DNA of 64,000 nucleotides, from assembly GCF_041956535.1 (NCBI RefSeq), contig NW_027192202.1:386654-450653 (forward strand), in the 5' to 3' direction. This document shows positions 57,593-64,000 of the stretch, one piece after another; the first letter of the stretch is position 1; every line of letters starts with the position of its first letter. This stretch comes from Calcarisporiella thermophila CBS 279.70 (lineage: Eukaryota; Fungi; Calcarisporiellomycota). The notes beneath the pieces were generated by a model. It saw nothing but the letters and a program-made list of their open reading frames with translations, ran no database searches and was not told the DNA's origin. The position numbers and the translations under genes were made by a program.

Positions 57593-58283
57593 AATTTCGT
57601 CCCCATTATTTTTTTTTTTCACCTCTCCTGCATTAATGCTAATCACGCTTCACCTCGGTACTTAATTTACCATTAGTATATCACCCGGATTCCCCATATT
57701 TTTATCCTATTTTATTTTATTTTATCTTATTTTCATTTCCTAATGAACACTTGCGACGAAATCCCTCCCCTCTGAACATTTATCCCACTTGCAACCATAC
57801 TCAATATCGAGGCGCTGGATTTTGCCAGGCTTAATAAAACCTATTTGCGCGATCCAATTTGGGGACCCTGGCTGGAGGAGGTCATCGTATATCCCCTTCA
57901 ATGGCCAAAGGATTCCGTAGAAAACGAGATGGATGGTTTGCGAGAAAGCAACGCTGAAAGACAAGATTTAATTAGAGCATTAACTAAGTTAAAATAGAAG
58001 AGAACATCAGAGTCATACATAGTGGCAAAATGAAGAGAGCGGCCAAGCCATACAAAAAAAAAAGATATGAAGTGAAAAGGGAATACTTCGATTCAAATAG
58101 TGAAGAGAGATTTGGATAGAAGAAAGAGGAGAGGCAGAGATGGGCAACCAAAAAAACAAAATAAAGACATGGAAAAGTTTTGGAGGGGAGGTGGGAGGGG
58201 TATTCATGGAAACTGCTATTTTTTATGGCTCCAAAATATATAGAGAGGGGGGTAATAGGTGAAAGTGCAAGTGTCCTACACAC

Positions 58284-59428
58284 TCATTCTTCAAACTGCA
58301 ATGCACTACTGGGGGCGACCACGGGGGCGGTCATGAGTACTCTGCGATTGGTATGCCGGGTTTCAAGGAGGGAAACCGAGTTATTTTCCAGCTCTCTTCG
58401 GAGCAACTCTTCGCCTCTTCTTCTGCGCTCCTCCTCCGTCTCGCCTTCCTTCGAGGATATCGAAGCGGCATTCTCCGAGGGTGGCCACGATATGGGGGAG
58501 GGGGTATCTTTTGTGCTTGAGGAGGGGCTGCTTGCCGTGGTTACCCGAAGTGATGGGACGTATTGATTCTTCTCACTTCCTTCAGGGTCCGTTAGGGAGA
58601 TGTCGGATTCACTGGTCAATCCTTGTTTGCGTGTCCGTCTTCGCCACAAGACTAAGCCGAGCCCCACCGCGAACATAACGCAAACGCATGCAGCTGATAT
58701 GATGCCCACTATGAGCGGCTGCAGCTCATCGCCCCTGCTTCCCTCCTCGCCCGCACTGTTAGAGGTGCCCAGTACCTGCGGCGCTTGGATAATCATGGTC
58801 GACGCAATACTTTCCGTCACGATAGCCACCCTTGGAGCGGCTGCTGGTTGCACGATGGAGAACGCAGGCCCCCCACTTCCAAGCGAATCCCGTGGGTCAC
58901 CTGCACGCACAATCTGCCACATATAGCTCAACGGTCGGTCTACGGGGCCAGGCGGCTTTGAAGCGGGATACCAGGTAGAATCGACATCAAGCGGGAAAAT
59001 GCCATTATTCATTACATTTTGGAAATGCTTGACGACAACCTCGACTCCATTTTCTAGGAAGATAAGATAAATATCCACGTAAAGCGAGGGCGCTATCTCC
59101 TGGTTACGGGTGTTCCAGATGAGATTGTGATGCGAGCCATTGGCCCAGATTTCGCCAGCTTGTGGAGAGCAGACTATCTGGGTGAGTTCGGTGCAAGCGG
59201 CTTCTAGAAGAAAAAAAAATGGGAGCGAAAATTAAAATTCAAACAATCACAGGATTAAAGAGAGAAAGAGAGAGAGAGAGCCAAATAAAACGATTATGTG
59301 TTAGTACCATCTCTGCGCAGAAACAATGATTCGGTGCGCGCTTCTCTTGAAAAGCACACGAAAGCGATCCACGAGATAAGAGTGAAGACCAGTAAAGGAT
59401 GATGAGACGTTCTGCGGTGAATGAGCAT
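58284..59428 (-). CDS. Type I single-pass membrane protein (signal peptide, beta-rich ectodomain, TM, Ser-rich tail), 2 exons (intron 59307-59204)
   Basis: Hydrophobic leader, then VCSPQAGEIWANG..LIWN..VDIYL, TM LIVGIISAACVCVMFAVGLGLVLW with RRR stop-transfer, and tail RRRGEELLRRELE. Confidence 0.75.
59259..59280. repeat. (GA)n tract in intron
   Basis: agagagaaagagagagagagag. Confidence 0.7.
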
Positions 59429-60881
59429 CTTCGCGTGAATGAGTAGAATGATAAAGGGAATGAAAAGTGGTGGCAAATCTTTTCTCGTCGTTAGTAAATT
59501 AGAAAAGGAACATGGTGGGGATGTGAAGGGGCGAGGCGAGCACTAGATGGCTACAGGAAATATTACAATCTAATCAGCACAGGAGGAATAGAGCGAACAA
59601 GCTAGGTATCAAGAGAGAGGGGAAAATGCCCTGACTTGTTTTATTTTTGCTGCACGAGAGAATTGAGCTTTTTTTAGCGAGAGGAGGGAGGAGGGAAATC
59701 CAATGGGAATGCGTGAGCATGACTTCACAATAAAGCGCCAGAGCAGGAGTGCGCTGAGCTGCCAGAAATTGGAACTATTAAGAATCGGACCTGTTCTTTG
59801 AGTCCGATGGGCCGGCAGAATTTAAGAATAGCTCGCCTCGGGCTTCGAGTCGACAGCAAAATCCTCCAATGGGCCGGCGAACCTCTGCCAATGAAGAGCT
59901 CCGCGCCCTCCTCGCCTAGTGCTCGCGGTCGGTCGGCGTGCCGTGGGATGCTGACACCGGCGTCTTTTCAACGTTAATCTTTCAGGATGCATATTCCTAG
60001 CGCTCTCAGCTGCAGATATGTGCAGCCAGCCTCTCGAGGAATTGCGGCCTGTTTTGAAAAAATATAAGATGCCCATCTTAAAACAAAGACTTCGCCCTGA
60101 TTATCTAAGCTCATTATTTCGGTGGATCCATCCCTCTAGCGTGCTTCCAACGAATCTGCCCATCAAGCCATAGGGCGGTGGTTTGCATCACCACTGTTTT
60201 ATTCCCGCATAGCTGACACGGATCCAGAGGTGCCGGGTAATTGGAACTTTCGCGTTGCGAGTTGTCCGACTACTAGGAGCTCTAAGCAGCAAGATGCTCC
60301 TCGTTACGTAGATACTGCCCTCGTCTCCAAACCTCTTGCCGCTGCTGCAGCATGTAGAAGACGGTTTCCGAACCATTTTTGGTCTCTCGGCGATATCCAC
60401 CATCGCACGGAGCTCTTTGCGCCAGTGAGGGTCTACTTTATTTCGAGTGAATGGGGTGGCTGCTACCCCTTCCATTGTTCCAACAGAGAAGCATAGCCCT
60501 CCACAGAGGATGTCATCTTGCTAATTGATGGTAATAACAAAGATCGCCTCGTTCAAAATCGGACCTTCCGTAGCTCCAAAGAGTCGACTCCTCTTCATTC
60601 ACTGCTGGTTTAGCAAATCTTTGCCAAAGCCATGGGCTTCAGTCTGCTGCTTGGTCCTCCATTTCAATCTATTTTCGCTGCATCTTCTCTTTTGGGTATC
60701 TAACGCGTAAGACAAGACTTGGTTCTATTCCTCTTAATTTTCGGACTTAGCGGTGGGAGAGAATTTGCCATTTTCCACCTCGTGACTATTGTGTAGCATG
60801 CAAGTGCTCCATCGCCACCACTTTTCCCCTCCTCCCCCCTTTCTCCTTGGCTTTTCCTTATTTCTAAATTCCAACTGAGGT

Positions 60882-61240
60882 ATGGCTCGCATGCGCTCTA
60901 ACCCAATACAAAACACAGGCCCCCAAGGCAATGTGCTTGATCTCTATCCTTCGCTCTCCCGCCACTGGCACAATGGGCGGCGTCAAGGACAGCCGAATGC
61001 GCCTTACCTCAATGGGCATGTGAATGGCGTGGAGATACGGGAAGTGGAACGCGATGTGTCATTATACTGGGATCTCTACCCCAATTTGAGTCGTGAGGTG
61101 ACTTTGCTATATTACAAATAACAAAATGTATAGAATACGCACTCATGTCTACTCTCCTTCAGATTGAGAATAGAGGATCAGAAGAGCAACGACGTGTATT
61201 GCATTCGCTTCGGGAGCAGCCCGCCATTCCCACTGTCTGA
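60882..61240 (+). CDS. Small orphan protein (97 aa) with duplicated DLYP(S/N)LSR motif, 2 exons (intron 61098-61162)
   Basis: ATG ORF continues in phase across a gtgact...ccttcag intron to TGA at 61238-61240. The internal repeat is conserved at protein level. Confidence 0.6.
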
Positions 61241-61777
61241 TCCTGTCATATTTATACAAGCGCCCATCGTATATGCTTGAGCAAGTGAACTTTGAATTTT
61301 CCTTTTCTTTTAAAATCTGGACTATTTTATCAGCACATCCTCATGTGCAGTGGCTCGATTTTGTTTGATAAAATCTCGGTTTATGATATCTTAAAGCTCC
61401 TCTCTATATCCACCGGCTTTTGCAATAAAATGCTAAAAAGCAGTCATGGTGATGAGAAAGGATCAAGGTGATCTCTCTCTTGCTTGCCGAATCGTGTCGA
61501 CCTTCAGAATAGAGTAGGTGAGGATTGGGCCCATGATAGCTTGGAAGAAACTCCAAGGAATCCCTAGGAGAGTATGGGTCGACAACCTAGGACTAAACCC
61601 TACCTGAACAGGCGAAAAAGCAGGTGGGCGCAGCTACTACCCATCCCAGGAAGAAGGAAGACATGTTTTATACTCGATACTAAAGAGTCGCAGAAAAGGA
61701 ATGGAGAGCTTTTATCAAATGATAAAGAGGCGATCTAACGTTTTCCGATAAACTTTACATATCCTATATATATCCAT

Positions 61778-61799
61778 GTATATATATATATATATATAT
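61778..61799. repeat. (TA)n microsatellite upstream of PYK1
   Basis: Run of about 10 TA units. Confidence 0.8.
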
Positions 61800-62035
61800 G
61801 TCTAGCAGAGGGCGGACAAAGAATGATGACACGATAATGTCAAGAATCGCATTAAGAATACTCCGATAGTTCCAAATCCATTTAAAAAATTGCCCCATCA
61901 TTTTTGGCAGGTGCTTATAGTTTTCGTTATCTTGTACTGATCTCTTCCCAAAAAAAACACTTCGAAAATTTTGTTATCTTAACTCTCTTTGTTTTTTTTT
62001 CTCACCTATACATTTAATTAAGCATTATCAAAACA

Positions 62036-63952
62036 ATGTCTTTTTTCCCCGACGACACCATCAAGAGCAGCTTGGAGTGGGTGAGCGGTCTCGACCCGCT
62101 TAATGTTCAGGCAACTAACCTGCGCAAGACGTCCATTATTTGTACTATTGGTGGGTTGGATTATTTTGGAAGATAACGAGTTCGGTATTTTTATTTTACG
62201 TGTCTATGCCTTCTAGGGCCCAAGACTAACAGCGTGGAAATGATGACAAAGCTGCGTGAGGCGGGAATGAATATCGTGCGCATGAACTTTTCTCATGGAA
62301 GCTACGAGTACCATGGGTCGGTCATTAGCAATATTCGTAAGAGCTGTGAAGGTAAAGAAATTTTTTCCGGCCGGGCTTACAAAGGTTGCTAATTTTATTG
62401 TGTTTGCAGAACACCCTGGGCGCCCCGTGGCCATTGCTCTTGATACCAAAGGCCCCGAAATCAGAACGGGCATTGTCCCTAACGATGGAGAGGTAAGCAT
62501 CCTGGATTGGTTTATGGAAATGACCCATCTAATGTATGCTCATGTCTATTTTCAGATCGAAATCAAAACTGGCATGGAGCTAACATTTACGGTCGACGAT
62601 AAGTATCGTGAGCAGTGTAGCGCCTCCACGGTCTATATTGATTACAAAAATCTCCCCAAGGTCATTCAAAAAGGAAAAAAGATATACGTCGATGATGGCG
62701 TCCTAACATTCGAGGCTATTGACGTTGCGAGTGACAGCGTTAGGGTGATTGCCCGCAACAACGGCAAGCTTAGTAGCCGCAAGGGCGTCAATCTTCCCGG
62801 CACCAATGTGGATTTGGCTGCACTTTCGGAGAAAGATAAGGCTGATCTACGGTTTGGTGTGGAGCAAGGCGTGGACATGATTTTTGCCTCATTCATTCGC
62901 TGTGCTCAGGATATCCGAGATATTCGCACGGTGCTTGGCGAAGAGGGCAAGCACATCATGGTGATTGCGAAGATCGAGAACCACCAGGGTGTTGATAACT
63001 TTGACGAGATCTTGGAGGAGACGGATGGCGTTATGGTTGCGCGTGGAGATTTGGGCATTGAAATCCCAAGGTGACTTGAAACACTAGAGCTTCTTTTTTT
63101 TTCTCTCTCTTTCTCTCTCTTGAAGTTTTCTAACCAAGCTGTTTTCTTTTACCCTACTAGCTCTCGAGTGTTCATTGCTCAAAAAATGATGATTGCCAAG
63201 TGCAACCTGGCTGGTAAACCCGTCATTTGCGCTACCCAAATGTTGGAGAGTATGACATACAACCCACGCCCCACTCGTGCCGAGGTATCCGACGTTGGCA
63301 ATGCGGTGCTTGACGGCGCAGACTGTGTTATGCTTTCAGGTGAGACGGCAAAGGGATCCTATCCGTTGGAAGCCGGTAATTATAGTTTCTCATCTACCGA
63401 GTCGCTTTTCTTTTTGGTTTTCATTCGATGTGTACTGACCTATTGATGCATCCAGTTCGAATGATGCACGAAACTTGCGTCCTCGCCGAATCCGTTATCT
63501 GCTATCCCCCTCTTTTCAACGAGCTCCGAGCTCTCCAGCCACGCCCCACCGAAACCACAGAAACGGTTGCTTCAAGTGCAGTCTCTGCAGCCCACGAGCA
63601 ACGCGCCGGTGCTATTCTCGTCCTCACCACCAGCGGCAAATCTGCTCGCCTTCTCGCCAAATATCGTCCCTGTGTGCCTATCATCCCCATCACACGCAAT
63701 CCAGTGTGTTCGCGACAGGTGCACTTATATAGAGGCTGCTATCCATTCCTATATACCCTCCCGAAGCCGACTGCCGACAGCAAAACGACATGGCAAGAAG
63801 ACGTCGATGCTCGCTTGCGGTGGGGCATGAAGCGGGGTGTGGAGAACGGCCTGCTTAAGCCCGGAGACACCGTGATTGCAATCCAGGGGTGGCGCGGGGG
63901 TACAGGCACCACCAACACGATGCGAGTGTTGCAGGTGCCCGAGTCATTGTAA
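62036..63952 (+). CDS. PYK1: Pyruvate kinase, multi-exon
   Basis: [59 protein letters not shown] and [12 protein letters not shown]. Confidence 0.98.
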
Positions 63953-64000
63953 AAAAAAAAAAAACTTATATCGCGCTTGGGGATGCGTTCCCCTACTAGC

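Noticed and set aside
57740-58000. Short open frames on both strands between two convergent genes
   Set aside because: No clear start, splice support or recognisable motif; likely 3' UTR sequence.
60483-60515. U6 snRNA-like string ACAGAGAAGCATAGCCCTCCACAGAGGATG
   Set aside because: Lacks the conserved GATT spacer before AGC, the 5' stem-loop and the 3' U-tract; probably a chance resemblance.

Overview
Intron-rich eukaryotic (fungal) genomic DNA, most consistent with an early-diverging fungus (Zoopagomycota/Mucoromycota-like; the lineage is my inference). Introns are mostly 45-100 nt GT-AG, with a few GC-AG. I reconstructed about 29 spliced protein-coding genes by hand, so exon boundaries are manual predictions. 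Left arm: AIF/AMID(FSP1)-like oxidoreductase, siderophore-type MFS transporter, IPP1, a stand-alone CNH protein and an MscS channel. Dense housekeeping core (13.7-53.7 kb): PPR protein, ABZ2-like lyase, YTP1, APD1, NOC3, PET8, GET4, BET4, a small RRM protein, UTP12, AAC, RPP40, ADE5,7, RPC2, VMA1, NSL1, VPS52 and RPS23. The right arm is looser and looks GC-richer, with four poorly characterised or orphan genes and pyruvate kinase. I found no rRNA, tRNA, transposon, intein or CRISPR. Most notable hidden signals: (1) an alternative 3' splice acceptor in IPP1 that would give an isoform ending in a perfect peroxisomal signal (KAISKL*); (2) a 5-exon orphan protein ending in CCTIL (palmitoyl + CaaL), a terminus the ORF track misses; (3) a multi-intron, apparently non-coding or uORF transcript upstream of MscS; (4) recurrent HomolD-like CAGTCACA boxes just upstream of housekeeping genes; (5) a kinase-less MAP4K-type CNH protein with PY motifs; (6) a small spliced orphan with a duplicated DLYPxLSR motif.
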